Source: the human T2T-CHM13v2.0 reference genome, Homo sapiens
NCBI RefSeq assembly: GCF_009914755.1
Contig: NC_060947.1
DNA length: 64,000 nt
Reading direction: 5' to 3' (one strand)
The position numbers were made by a program, and so were the translations under genes. The notes below the pieces were generated by a model. That model saw only the letters and a list, made by a program, of their open reading frames with translations. It made no database searches and was not told the DNA's origin. Within the stretch, counting starts at the first letter, position 1. Every line of letters begins with the position of its first letter. Of this stretch, positions 40,184 through 56,975 are shown piece after piece.

Positions 40184-42531
40184 TCAATAGAAAACTATTG
40201 CCTGTAGTACGTGCTTTCAGGCGTTATCTGATTCTGATTCTACTGGAGCTATTTGCCACTCCCTAAGTTGTAGGTCACTGATAGATATGCAAATCCTGTC
40301 CTATCTGGTTCAATTGACTTCCTTCCCCCTGTGTGTGTGGCGGCGGGGGCGGGGTGGGGGGCAATAAACAGTTTGCTTCCATTTGCAATTCATCTCTAAA
40401 TTCCTTTACTCCACATAAATTGGGGCTGTTTCTTTTTTAAACCAGTTATAACATCTGCCTGGCTCTCTCAGTTATGTAAGTAAAATAAAGTCTTTAACAC
40501 ATGTTCGTTTTTATATCTGTATAACGGTCACGATTTTACCTCTTTCTGGAAATTACCTTTTAACACCCTTGTGAGATTTCTTTCTTAGGTAGCAGCAGCA
40601 GGAGACCTGGTGGAGGACCTTCAGTCTAGAGAAGACCAGTACCAGGCCATCCGGTCTATAGGTAAAGAGCAGATGCCTCCCACAGAGCTGTGCTCCACAG
40701 AAGAAACAAAGGGGCTCTTCGAAAGGGACATGTCCCTTCTCCCACCTGCCTCCCTTCCAACCTCCCAAATTAACACCACCATCTAAAACAAGAATTTGGT
40801 CACCTTTCGGAAGGCATCTTTCCCGTTTTAGAAGGGGTTACTTCTGGATCCTCTCTCAACTTGCTGGTTTCCCACGCTCTCGACTTGCAGTTTCACCCAG
40901 TGGGCAGGGCTGGGTTTCTGTTAGCCTGGCTGCAACCTCCTGCGCCCTGCCAACACACAATGATCAGTGGCATTCCTGGAATTCCTGACATAGCAGAGAA
41001 GCCAGGCTTGGCCCTGCAAATGCCCTTGAACTGCAGTTCTGACCCCAGTGGGGCATTTTATCTTTTATTCACAGCCAGAGGTTAGGACCTATTTATGTAA
41101 ATCCTCTGCCAAGGGTCGATTCATCTTGACCCCCTGGTTTTCATTTCTCTAATTGTCCCAGGTATTTTTTAGACCCCTTGGAAACTCTTCATTCAGTGAA
41201 AAACCTTGGGGTCAGTAAGAATGCGGTAACAAAGGAAAGGGGGTGGGGGCCTGGAAGAGTTGAGGAGGCTTCCTTTGAAGTGTTGTAAAGAAGCTTTCAG
41301 AGGCCACCCAGTTTACAAAGTAAAAACAGCAATGACCTCATGCACCCCATTTTATTCACGGAAAATAAGCTTTCTTGAAATGGTGTCTTCACCTAAGAAG
41401 TTTCTTAGAGCATGCATTGTTCAATTTTGTTTCCTAAAGCACACATTGTCCAATCTCAGTGGTGGTAAGGGGTTGGGGAAGGAGCTGTCAGAATTGCGGG
41501 CCTTTGGGCAGGTGGTGGCTCCTCAGACAATTGTTCCCACTTAATGGGCCCAGGATCCCTCCCAGATTTGCATTTTAAAAGGGGGCACTGCCTCCCCAAT
41601 AGTGAGAAAATACTTGATCCCTGAGAATTGACCCAGGTGACAGAAATTTCAGGCCACATGGAAAGCCAGCAGGGGAGATACTTGGAGGTCAGCAGGGCTT
41701 TTGGAGGCCTTCAAATAATTCTTGATTGAGGGCCTTGTGCTCTAACCTCCAACTCACAGTAATAAAGGGAAGGAATTGCTTGGAAAACAGCCCAACTGTT
41801 TTACAACCCTAACAGCAAATTTTACTTTTTCACTAACTGAATTTTCATGTACGTTTTAAGCCAGTTGGATTTTTTTAATGCTCTATTTTCAATAGAAAGA
41901 TGGGGGAAAAAAATCTTCTCTTAAAAAACTATTTTTCTTCATTTTCTGTCAACTTTTTATTACGAAAAACTTCAAACATGCAGAAAAGTTGAAAGAATAG
42001 CACAATGAAAACCCCTATACCCACCATTGAAATTTGACAAATGTTAACCTTCTGGTATATTTGCTTTATCTATATACACAGCTATATATACAGATTTGCT
42101 TCATGAATATATACTTTTTTTTTTGCTGATCTATTTAAAAGTAAATTAAATTAAAAGTGACATCATGACACTTCATCCCAAATACTTCAGCTTGCATCAT
42201 TCTAATATAAGTTAATTCTCTTATATAACTATTGTACAATGATTACCTCTAAGAAAATCGACAGTAATTGCCTAATACCACCTAACTCTCAGAATACCCA
42301 GTCCACATTCAAATCTCCTCAACCTGTACTATGTCTTGTAGCAGTTTCTTAATTAAACCAAAATCCAATCACAATTCATACATTTGGTTTTTTTAGTCTT
42401 TTTGGAATAGTCCCTCTACTTTTTAAAAATGACATTGTGTTTTTGAAGAGACTTTGTAGAAAGCCCCACATTCTAGATTTGTCTGATCAATTGTGTGTGG
42501 TGGTGTTCTTGTTCTGCCCCACCAGATTTCC

Positions 42532-44337
42532 TGCAATGAGTTCAATTGTGTTTGTCCCCCAAAATTCATATGTTGAAGCCCTAACCGCCAGTACCTCAGA
42601 ATGTGACTTTATTTGGAAATAGTCACTGTAGACATAATTGGTTAAGATGAGGTCATACCAGAGTAGGGTAATAGGGTGGGTCCCTAATCCAATATGACTA
42701 GTGTCCTTATAAAAAGGGGAAATTTGGAGATAGACATGCACATATAAGGGGAATGCCCTGTGGACATGAAGGCAGGGATCAGAGTGACACTTCTACATGT
42801 CAAGGAATGTGAAAGATTGCTAGCAAACTACCAGAAACTAGAAGCAAGTGAAGGGGGCCAGAATATGCCACCCCCAAACATGTCACTCAAAAAGGATGGT
42901 TTTGAGCTGAAGGCAATTAGCTCTCTGCCCTTCCTGCTTCTGACTAAAAGCAGGACATAAATTTCCAGTTGTAAGGTGTCTCCCTCTCCTGTACTAGGAA
43001 AACTCTTAGCACCTGAGATGTCTCCTATCTAAATAGCAAGACAATCCTTATTTACCATACATTTCCCATAACTTACCACCCTCCAAAAAGCCCAAAACCT
43101 CCTTTCCTTTTGTCTAGTTTAGGATGGTATGTAAGCCCCAAATTCTAACGCTTCCTTGAGTCACCCTCATTTGTTAACTTTTGTGTGTATGTATATAATT
43201 AAATCTATCTTTTTCTCAGGGTAACCTGTCTTCTTTTTTTTATGAAAAAAAAATTTATATAGATGGGGTCTTGCTATTTTGCCTAGCCTGAGTAACCACC
43301 CAACTGGTTCATCTTGCCTGCTGCCCAGATGCAGTTCATTTATCAAGACAAGGGAATTGCAATAGAGAAAGAGTTTAATAGTTTAATACACAGAGAGCTG
43401 GCTAAACACGAGACTAGAGTTTAATTATTACTCAAATCAGCCTCCCCCAAAACTCAGAGGCTAGGCTTTTTTAAAGATAGTTTGGCGGGCAAAAGGCTTG
43501 GAAATGGAGAATGCTGATTGGTCGGCTCATGGATGAAATCACAGGGAGTCGGAGCTTGTATTCTTGCACTGAGTCAGTTCCTGGGTGTGAGCCACAAGAG
43601 CAGAGGACCCAGTTTACCAGTCCGGGTGGCACCAGCTAATCCATCAGAATGCAGGGTCTGAAAAATACCTCAAACACCAATCTTTGGTTTTACAATAGTG
43701 ATGTTATCCATAGGAGCAATTGAGAAAGTTAGGAATCTTGTGGGCTCTAGCTACATGACTCTTGAGCCATAATTTCTAATCTTGTGGCTAAATTGTTAGT
43801 TTTATAAACATGATCTGGTCCCCAAGCAAGGAGGGAGTTTGTTTCAGGGAGGGACTGTTATCATCTTTGTTTCAAAGTTAAACTATAGACTAAATTCCTC
43901 CCAAAGTTAGTTTGACTTATGCCCAGGAAGGAACAAGGGCAGCTTGGAGCTTAAAGGGAAAATGGAGTCAGTTTGGTCAGATCTCTTTTACTGTCTCACT
44001 TTATAATCTTTGCAAAGGCAGTTTCAGCTGGTCTTGAACTTCTGAACTCCCGCCCCAGCCTCCCAAGTAGCTGGGATTACAGGTGCACACCACTACACAT
44101 ACCCAGCTCAGTAAACTGTTTTTTGTCACTTTAATTCACAGGGCTACGAGCCATTGAGCCACTCCCCAAGAAGAGGTCTACAAGAGTTCATTCTCTCACA
44201 GGCTTCAAAAGGAACCAACCCCACCAGCACCTTAATCTCAGACTTCCAGCCTCTAGAACTGTGAGACAATAAATTTCTCCTGTTTATTCCACACAGTTTG
44301 TGGTACTTTGTTTCAGCAGTCCTGGCAAGCTGAGACA
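42532..44337 (+). mobile_element. MLT1B/C-like LTR split by a nested ERV1 LTR (42849-~44180), an Alu monomer and LTR8
   Basis: 5' half 42532-42848 and 3' half ~44181-44337 (gacttccagcctctagaactgtgagacaataaa). Confidence 0.8.
43291..44026 (-). mobile_element. LTR8-like solo LTR inserted in an Alu monomer
   Basis: LTR8-type terminus ttgcaaaggcagtttca; Alu sequence is contiguous across it; TSD cctg/gctg. Confidence 0.85.
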
Positions 44338-44544
44338 CCTGTAAACTGGATGTTAGGTCTAGAGGCATAATTAGATTCAGGTTAAACATTTTTGGCAAGA
44401 ATACTACATAGGTTATGTTGTGTAGTTCATATTGCATCACCTCAGGAGGCACATAACACCAGGCTGTCTCACTATAAGTGATGTCAAGTGTAATCACTGG
44501 GTTAAGGTAATGAGAACCAAGCTAAATTCTTCCCTTTGCAATTA

Positions 44545-44700
<156 letters not shown>

Positions 44701-47700
44701 GTAACTTGAGGGCTGGTACATTGGAACTACATAAGTATGCTGCCTCCACCAGTCTGTCCTCCAATTATGTTAGCAGTCATTGATGATCCTTGCCTGAATT
44801 GATTCTTTTATTGGAAAATGGGAAAATGATGATATTGTATAAATTTGTTTGTAATTGTTACCTGACATTCCTCTATAAAGAAGAATCAAATAGGGATTAA
44901 CTAAAAAGTCAGGGTAAATGCCTAAATCTTTCCCTTAGTTATAAAATTTCAGGAAAAAAAGAAGTTGATATAATTGTCATCATTGATCACTAGTGAGTTT
45001 TCACTTGTTTATCATAATATATTCATGGTTTTAATTTACTCAGTGATTATAAGCAATTATGATCATTATTCTTCTTGATGCTCAATTGTCCCAAATTTGG
45101 CCAAGGAGAGAGCCCCTTTAACCTGACTCCTGAGTCCTTTTGACACAATCCCACTGGTCTTTTGGTGCTTTCCTATATCCTGGCACAAGAAGTCCCAGCC
45201 TCACCTTGTACTTTGCCTGTGCCAAGACAGGAATCCACCATTTTTCCAAGAAGCACTGCTTTTTTTTTTTAATTAGGAAATGGTATTTAGAAACCAAGAT
45301 CTGGTTTCAAGGTATGCTTATTGCTACTGGGATACCATTGCTTCTAGGCCACAGCAGTGCACAGCACTAGGAAATGTGAAGGACTAGCTTTATTGGTGTA
45401 CTTGTGTACTCCTGCTCAGAAGGGCCTGGTGCTTGGGGTTTAATGCTCTGTAATCACTGTCTTGAAACTCTATGCAATTTTATTTTTATATTTGTGCTTT
45501 GTAAGTAGAGTCCAGTAGATAAGGAAGCACACACCAGGGGCTCGGAACCTTGGCTCATATGTGGCTCCCTAACCTCCCCAGGGTGGGTTCTCAGGGGTTG
45601 CTCCCCAACTCCCTGGAACCCTGGGCACTGCCTGGTCTCTCCATTTCCTCCATCTCCAACCCTTCCCAGCAACCACTGTTGCTCTCTGTCTCAAACTGGT
45701 GTGAGTGCAGGGAAGGTCAGGTTAAGTGTGTTTGCCCTGCAGTATCTTGGAACAAGGAATGGCGGTAGCATTTCCAATCTGGATTGGCAGTGCCACATCG
45801 CATTCATTAGGTGACTAGGCAGGGGTAACCTATTACCCACCACCATCCGGTTACCTAGTGCATCCTAGCATGGAGGCTGCAATATGTTTGGAAGCCTCCC
45901 ATTTGTAATGTGTTGGGGCAGCAGGACCATGGGAGGGAAAAATGCCTGGCTTGACCTCCCTGCCTTCAGCTGGGGCACGTTATATCAGCCTAGACACCAG
46001 AAGGAGAGGGAACCTGGCAGCTCTCAGGCTCAACGGATCACACATGCCCCATCACATAGGGCAGGCCTCCTGAGTGCCTGTGAGCATCTGCACTTCTCCC
46101 TCAAGTATCCCATGCAAGGGACATAGAGTAAGTCTTCACTTAACATCATCGATAGGTTCTTGGAAACTGCAAATTTAAGTGAAATGACATGTAACAAAAC
46201 TAATTTTACCATAGGCTAACTTATATAACAAGAGTTAAGTTCCTAGGGCACAATTTGTGGTCAGAAAAACATCACCAAACTTCTAAAATAAAGACCCAAA
46301 CATTTCTAATATTAAATATAGAAATAAATGTGAACTATGATCATCATGGCAGATGGGAGGCAGGACTAGACTAGAGCTCCAGACAGAGCAGCATGTGGAG
46401 GCTCGCACTGTGAATTTAAGCTCCAGATCAACTGCAAGAACAAAGCAGCAATCCCAAGGGGACCCACAGACCCTCTAAAGGAAGCAGACTGCTTTTGCAG
46501 GACCTGGGAGACACCCCAAATACTGTGAGTGCCCCAACTGTGGAAGTGGGAAAGGGAGACCCTCCTCTCCTGAACACTCACCCCCGCTGGAGAAACTGAA
46601 GGTCTGTTTGTGGGAGAAGTTTCCGACCTTACTTGGAGCTGAGTCAATTTAGAGAGCCAAGTGAAATACAGGGGTAGAGGATACAGCAGAAAGGTCTGGG
46701 AGCTCAGTGGGTCCCCAAGCAGCCATTCCTGCCTGGCACCACAAGGATCCATCGGGAGGGTGGCCAGAGGAGCAAGAGGTAAAACTCCACAGGGAGAAGG
46801 AAATCTCTAGCTGAACTTTGTAACAATTTGAACAGGGTGAGAAGCCTCCTGGCCAGAACCTGGGGGAGGGCACAAGTTCACTGTGCAGACTCCACAGGCG
46901 GGGAAAGAACCAAGCCCTTTTCTTTTCCCTACCTGCAGCTGGGAAGCAGGTAGCCTGGGGCAAGGTTTCAAGCCCATCTCACCCACCACCAGGAAACAGA
47001 CTGGGGGCTGTTTGTGGGAGCACGGTGGGAGTGAGACCGGCCCTTCGGTATGTGTGGGAGCTGGGTGAGGCTTGTGACTGCCGGATTTCCCCCACTTCCC
47101 TGAAAACCTTCATGACTCAGCAGAGACAGCATTATCCTCCTAGGTACACAACTCCAGTGACCTGGGAATCTGACCCCCATCCCCCACAGCAGCCACAGCA
47201 AGACCCACCCAAAGAGAGTCTGAGCTCAGACATGCCTAGCCTGGTGTTTCTGAGAAAGAAGAGAATTCTAAAAGCTTGGAAAACATATTTGGGGGAATAA
47301 TTGAGGAAAACTTCCCCAGTCTTGCTGGAGACCTAGACATCCAAATACAAGAAGCCCAAAGAATGCCTGGGAAATTCATCACAAAAAGATCATCGCCTAG
47401 ACACATTGTCATCAGGTTATCCAGAGCTAAAACGAAGTAAAGAATCTTAAGAACGGTGAGACAGAAGCACCAGGTAACCTATAAAGGAAAACCTATCAGA
47501 TTAACAGCAGATTTCTCAGCAAAAACCCTACAAGCTAGAAGGATAGGGGCCCTATCTTCAGCCTCCTCAAACAAAACAATGATCAGCCAAGAATTTTGTA
47601 TCTAGCAAAACTAAGCATCATATATGAAGGAAAGATATAGTCTTTTTCAGAAAAACAAATTCTGAGAGAATTCGCCATTAACAAGCCACCACTACAGGAA

Positions 47701-48698
47701 CTGCTAAAAGGAGTTCTAAATCTTGAAACAAATCCTGGAAACACATCAAAACAGAACCTCTTTAAAGCATAAATCACACAGGACCTGTAAAACAAAAATA
47801 CAAGTTAAAAAGCAAAAACAAAAAAACCAAAGTACACAGGCAACAAAGAGCACAACCCTAATGAATGCATTGTTATTGAATCGCCCATTTCAATACTAAC
47901 ATTGAATGTAAATGTCCTAAATGCTCCACTTAAAAGATACAGAACCACAGAATGGATAAGAACTCACCAACCAACTATCTGCTGGCTTCAGGAGACTCAC
48001 CTAACACATAAGGGGACTCACATAAACTTAAAGGAAAGGGGTGGAAAAAGGCATTTCATACAAATGCACACCAAAAGCAAGCAGCGGTAGCTATTCTTAT
48101 ATCAGACAAAACAAACTTTAAAGCAACAGTGGTTAAAAGAGACAAAGAGGGACAGTATATAAAGGTAAAAGGCCTTGTCCAACAGGAAAACATCACAATC
48201 CTAAACATATATGCACCTGACACTGGAGCTCCCAAATTTATAAAAATTTATAAATTTTTATAAATTATGAATTTTTATAAATTATGCACCTAACACTGGA
48301 GCTCCCAAATTTATAAGAAATGAGATAGCAACACAATAATAGTGGGGGACTTCAATACTCCACTGACAGCATTAGACAGGTCATCAAGACAGAAAGTAAA
48401 CAAAGAAACAATGAATTTACACTATATCCTGGAACAAATGGAATTAACAGATATATACAGAACATTGCATCCAACAACCGCAGAATGCACATTCTATTTA
48501 ACAGTGCATGGAACTTTCTCCAAGATAGACCATGTGATAGGCCATAAAATTAACCTCAGTAAATTTAAGAAAATTGAAATTATATCAAGCACTCTCTCAG
48601 ATCACAGTGGAATAGAACTGGAATTCAACTCCAAAAGGAACCTTCAAAACCATGCAAATACATGGAAATTAAATAAATTGCTCCTGAATAAGCATTGA

Positions 48699-49316
<618 letters not shown>

Positions 49317-51432
49317 TAAATGAAACAAAAAGCTGTTCATTGAAAAGATAAATTAAATTGATAGACCATTAGCAAGATTAACCAAGAAAACAAGACAGAA
49401 AATCCAAATAACCTCACTAAGAAATGAAGCAGGAGATATTACAACTGACATCACTGAAATACAAAAGATCATCCAAGGCTACTGTAAACACCTTTACGCA
49501 CATAAACTAGAAAACCTAGAAGAGATGGATAAACTCCTGGAAAAATACAACCCTTCTAGCTTAAATCAGGAAGAATTAGATACTCTGAACAGAAATAGCA
49601 AGCAGTGAGATTGAAATGGTAATTTAAAAATTACCAACAAAAAAAATCCAGGACCAGACAGATTCACAGCAGAATTCTACCAGGCATTCAAAGAAGAATT
49701 GGTAGCAATCCTTTTGACACTATTCCACAAGATAGAGAAAGAATGAACCCCTCTTAATTCATTCTGTGAAGCCAGCATCACTGTAATACCAAAACAAAGG
49801 AAGGACATAACCAAAAAAGGAAACTACAGACTGATATCCTTGATGACCGTAGACGCTAAAATCCTTAACAAAATACTAGCTAACTGAATCCAATAGCATA
49901 TCAAAAAGATAATCCACCATGATTAAGGAGGTTTCATACCAGGGATGCAGAGACAGTTTAACATATGCATGTCAATAAATGTGATACACCACATAAACAG
50001 AATTAAAAACAAAAATCACATGATCATCTCAATAGATGCAGAAAAAGTATTCAACAAAATCCAGCATCCCTTTATGATTAAAACTCTCAGCAAAATTGGC
50101 ATACAAGGGACATACCTTAATGTAATGAAAGCCATCTATGGCAAACCCACAGCCAACATAATACTGAATGGAGAAAAGTTGAAAGCATTCCCTCTGGGCA
50201 CTGGAACAAGACAAGGATGCCCACTCTCACCACTCCTCTTCAACATAGTACTGGAAGTCCTAGCCAGAGCAATCAAACAAGAGAAAGAAATAAAGGGCAT
50301 CCAAATCAGCAAAGAGGAAGTCAAACTGTCACTGTTTGCTGAGGATGTGATCGTTTACCTTGAAAACCCTAAAGACTCCTCCAGAAAGCTTCTAGAACTG
50401 ATAAAAGCATTCGGCAAAGTTTTCAGATACAAAATTAATGTACAAAAATAGGTAGCTCTTCTATACACCGATAGTGACCAAGCAGAGAATCAAATCAAGA
50501 ATTCAACCCCTTTTACAATATCTGGAAAAAAAAATAGTTAGGAATATACCTAACCAAGTAGTCAAAAGACCTCTACAAGGAAAACTACAAAGCACTGCTG
50601 AAAGAAATCATAGATGACACTAGCAAATGGAAACACATCCCATGCTCATGGATGGGTAGAATCAATATTGTGAAAATGACCACACTGCCAAGGACAATCT
50701 ACAAATTCAATGCAATCCCCATCAAAATACCACCATTATTCTTCACAGAATTAGAAAAAACAATTTTAAAATTCATGTGGAACCAAAAAAGAGCCTGCAT
50801 AGCCAAAGCAATACTAAGGAAAAAAAAAAAATCTGGAGGCATCACACTACCTGGTTTCAAACTATACGTAAGGCCATGGTCACTAAAACAACATGGTACT
50901 GGTGTAAAAATAGGCACATAAACCAATGGAACAGAATAGAGAACCCAGAAATAAACCCAAATACTTACAGCCAACTGATCTTCGACAAAGCAAACAAAAA
51001 CATAAAGTGGGGAAAGGACATCCTTTTCAACAGATGGTGCTGGAATAACTGGCTGGCCATATGTAGGAGAATGAAACTGGATCCTCATCTCTCACCTTAT
51101 GCAAAAAGCAACTCAAGATGGATTGAGGACTTAAACCTAAGACCTGAAACTGTAAAAATTCTAGAAGACAACATTGGAAAAACCCTTCTAGACATTGGCT
51201 TAGGCAAGGATTTCATGACCAAGAACCCAAAAGCAAATGCAATAAAAACAAAGATAAATAGCTGGGACCTAATTAAACTAAAGAGCTTTTGCGTGGCAAA
51301 ATGAACAGTCAACAGAGTAAACAGACAACTCACAGAGTGGGAGAAAATCTTCACAATCTGTACATCTGACAAAAAACTAATATCCAGAATCTACAACAAA
51401 CTCAAACAAATCAGTAAGAACAAAACAAACAT

Positions 51433-52106
<674 letters not shown>

Positions 52107-52466
52107 GATATACAAATGGCCAACAAACATGAAAAAATGCTCAGCATCACTAATGATCAGGGAAATGCAAATCGAAACCACAATGCAATACCACCTTACT
52201 CCTGCAAGAATGACCATAATAAAAAAAATCAGAAAACTGACACTGCTGATGGGAATGTTAACTAGCACAGCCACTATGGAAAACAGTGTGGAGATTCCTT
52301 AAAGAACTAAAAGAACCACCATTTGATCCAGCAATCCCACTACTGGGTATCTACTCAGAGGAAAAGATACTTGTGCACGCATGTTTATAGCAGCACAATT
52401 CACAATTGCAAAATCGTGGAACCAACCCAAATGCCCATCAATCAATGAGTGGATAAAGAAACTGTG

Positions 52467-52467
<1 letters not shown>

Positions 52468-52510
<43 letters not shown>
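52468..52510. repeat. (TA)n microsatellite
   Basis: Direct reading. Confidence 0.95.
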
Positions 52511-52513
<3 letters not shown>

Positions 52514-53042
52514 TGATGGAATACTACTCAACCATAAAAAGGAATGAATTAAGAGCATTTGCAGTGACCTGGATGAGATTGGAGACTAATATTCTAAGTG
52601 AAGTAATTCAGGAATGATTAAACCAAACATCGTATGTTCTCACTGATAGATGGGAGCTAAGCTATGAGGACGCAAAGGCATAAGAACAATACAGTGGACT
52701 TTCGGAACTTGGGGGAAAGAGTGAGATGGGGGCGAGGGATAAAAGGCTACAAATATGTTGCAGTGTATACTGCTCGGGTGATAGGTGCACCAAAATGTCA
52801 CAAATCACCACTAAAGAACTTATGTAACCAAATATCACCTGTACCCCAATAACTTATGGAAAAAAATAATTAAAAGAAAAAGAAAGAAATGTGAACTATG
52901 CATACATTTAAGAAAGATAGAAAAAAGTTAGTAAGATAATTATTTCCACCATTTTTGGTGAATCACTGAGTGACAGCTTTGGTTGTGGTGGTGGTGGGTT
53001 AAATCAGAGAATAAATGTTTGCATAATGAACATTGCAAGGAG

Positions 53043-54137
<1,095 letters not shown>

Positions 54138-54608
54138 GAAGCACTTCCTCCCACCACCACACAGTTCAAAACCAGTCACAAATATAGTGGGCTCACTGAG
54201 TGCTTTTGTGCTGTGTCTTGTATTGTCATGCATTTGTATGATTATTGTAGACTTTTTGAATTTTTATTTGACAATCATTTGTATTCATTCTTTCATTCAT
54301 TTTTCAACTTGCTTATTCCAATGCAGGGTCATAGGTGGCTGGAGCCCATCCCAGCAGTTTGAGGCATCAGGTGGGTATGTGCTCTGGACAGGATGTCATC
54401 CCATGGCAGGGCTCACCCACACATATACCCACACTCGCTCACACTGGGACCATGTAGACATGCCAGTTGACTAAAGGTGCACAGTTTTGCAATGTGAGAG
54501 AAAACCAGAGTCCCTGGAGAAAACCCACACACATGAGGAGAATGTGCAAATTCCACAGAGACAATAGCCCCTGCCCAGAATCTATTCTTTTTCTCATTGA
54601 CATGTATC

Positions 54609-55181
54609 TGTAATAGGTTCATTGCCTCATGCACACAGCAAGTCAATATGCTGAGACACCAGGTTGCAGTAGAGAAAGAGGTTTAATTGTAGGGTCAATG
54701 AACAAGGAGATGAGAGAAAATCTCAAATCCGTCTCCCTGAGGAATTTGTGTTTAGTGTTTTTAAGGGTTTTGGAGTGGGCTGAAGGGTGGAGATCCTTGA
54801 TTTGTGAAACGAGCGGGGGAAGTGATGGGGCAGGGAGATGAAGAAGCTGTATTTTCATGTTGATCCTCTTTCTCTGCGGGGGTCTTCAAACTAGTTGCTG
54901 GAATTTGGTGCCAGAAAAACATCTTAAGTGATCCTTAAACAAAAGCCTTATGATTCCAATGTCAGAGATCCTGTCTATAGGAACAATGGGGATACAAATC
55001 AATTCTTAAACAGTCAATGTCAGAAAGCCAGTGGAAATGCAAATGGTCACTATCTAGTGTTACCTGACTTTTAGGAACAAGGAAGTGGACCAAAGTGCAG
55101 TGTGATTAATGCTTAATTATAACTATATTTCTGTCCAGAACCTGCCATGAAATTCTTATCGACACTGTGGGGACAGTTTCA
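54609..55181 (-). mobile_element. ERV1 solo LTR (subfamily not determined) inside Tigger3
   Basis: TG...CA ends; ttgcagtagagaaagaggtttaat motif shared with the other LTRs here. Confidence 0.7.
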
Positions 55182-56975
55182 AACATTATAAGGAAACAAC
55201 ATTGAATGAAACAATGTTATCTCAGGACTTGCTGTATCCTGTGCCTAGAGAGACCCTTTCTTCCTCCTTCCAACCTTCCTGAATCTGGTTTGTGTTAGTC
55301 TCTTCTGGCCAGCTCCAGGCAGTCTCTGGGACAAGTCACAAAATATAGATTGTGAAATTTCAGTTATTCCACATAGGACTTAAAGGTTCTTACATTTGCT
55401 TTAAAAACAAATATTGCACAATATAAAGATAAAAGGTAAAATTAATGCAAAAAATTTAAATTTGTAATATTCTTCAGAACAACACTAAATAGCAATAAAA
55501 ACACCATTACAAGTTGAGAGAGTAAGAGGCTATGGAAGGGAAAAACTTTATATTTTAATACCTTTAAGGGCATTATTATTTAGAGCATTTATTAATGCTT
55601 TTTGAATAAGTGACCACATATTTTTATTTTGTGCCAATTACGTTGTCAGTCTTGGAAATGTGTGTGTGGATAGATAGATTGATGTAGGTAGACATAGATA
55701 TTTTTCATTCAAATTCGCTTTATCTGTAATACATACATACATACACATATAAAGATTTCAAAATTTTAATACCAGTGTTACTACTCAAAGTAAAACTACC
55801 AAGTGATATTCAAGATTTCTTTTGACTTCTTTTTTACTTTGGTACAGTCTGTGTACTGTATTCACAAATTATTTGAAATAATTCTTGCCTCTGTATGATT
55901 CCATTATCTTTGATATACATTTAGGTCCATTTGATTGTTTTCAGTTATAGACTGGTTTGTCTTCTTTTTTAATTTTGTTTTTTGGATGTTAAACATTTAT
56001 ATATTAAGTCAAAATTATATTAACAGGCATACTCAGAAATCTCTTTTCAATTCTTATCCTCTCCTCCTCAGCCCCCCTCCAAGCCCTCTGTAGGTAACCA
56101 TTTCCATTAGTTTCTGGTTATTCTTCCAGTAATTTTTGGGGAAAAATTTTAGCAAATACACATGATATTATTTTCCTCCTTTCACATAGAAAAGATAAAA
56201 CACTATATACATGTTCTGCACCTTGTTTTTAAAAAAATAACCTTCATATCAGAACATAGACACCTTGTCATTCTTGTTGTACACCTGTCTAGTACTTCAT
56301 TATGAGATGATAGCTTAGTTTATTCAATAAGTCCTTTATTGGTGGATATGTCAGATGCTTCTAGTCTTTACTATTAAAAATAATGCCAGAAAAATAATCT
56401 TGTACATGTATTATTTCATAATTATGGAAGCATGCCTTCAGGGTAAATTTCTAGATGTGGGATTGCTAGGTCAAGGGGCAAATGTAATTTTATTACATAT
56501 TGCCAAATTCACCTCCTTGGGACTTGTACCATGTTACACTTTCACCAGCAATGTATAAAAGTGCTTATTTCTCCACAGGTCTGTCTGTCAACAGTGTGTT
56601 TTGTAAAACTTTGGAGTTTTGGCCAGTCTGATTTGTGTAAAATGGTAACAATACAGTTTTAATTGGCATTTCTATTTTTGTGAGTAATAATGAGCACTTT
56701 TCAAATGTTCATTTGCATTTCTCTGTGAACTCTCTGTGCCTTTTGGTTTTTTTTTCTATCAAGGTTTTAGTCTTTTTCTTCTTAATTATTAAGATCGCTT
56801 TATTTATTAGGGAGATTAATCTTTTGTCTGATATATATATAAAATAGTTCCTCTATGTTTACCATTTTATATTTTATTATGATTATGTGTTTTTAATGTA
56901 AGTAAATTCATTAATCTTTTATTTATTGATTCTGAATTTTGAGACATAGTCTGAAAAGCTTTTCCTGCTCTCATG

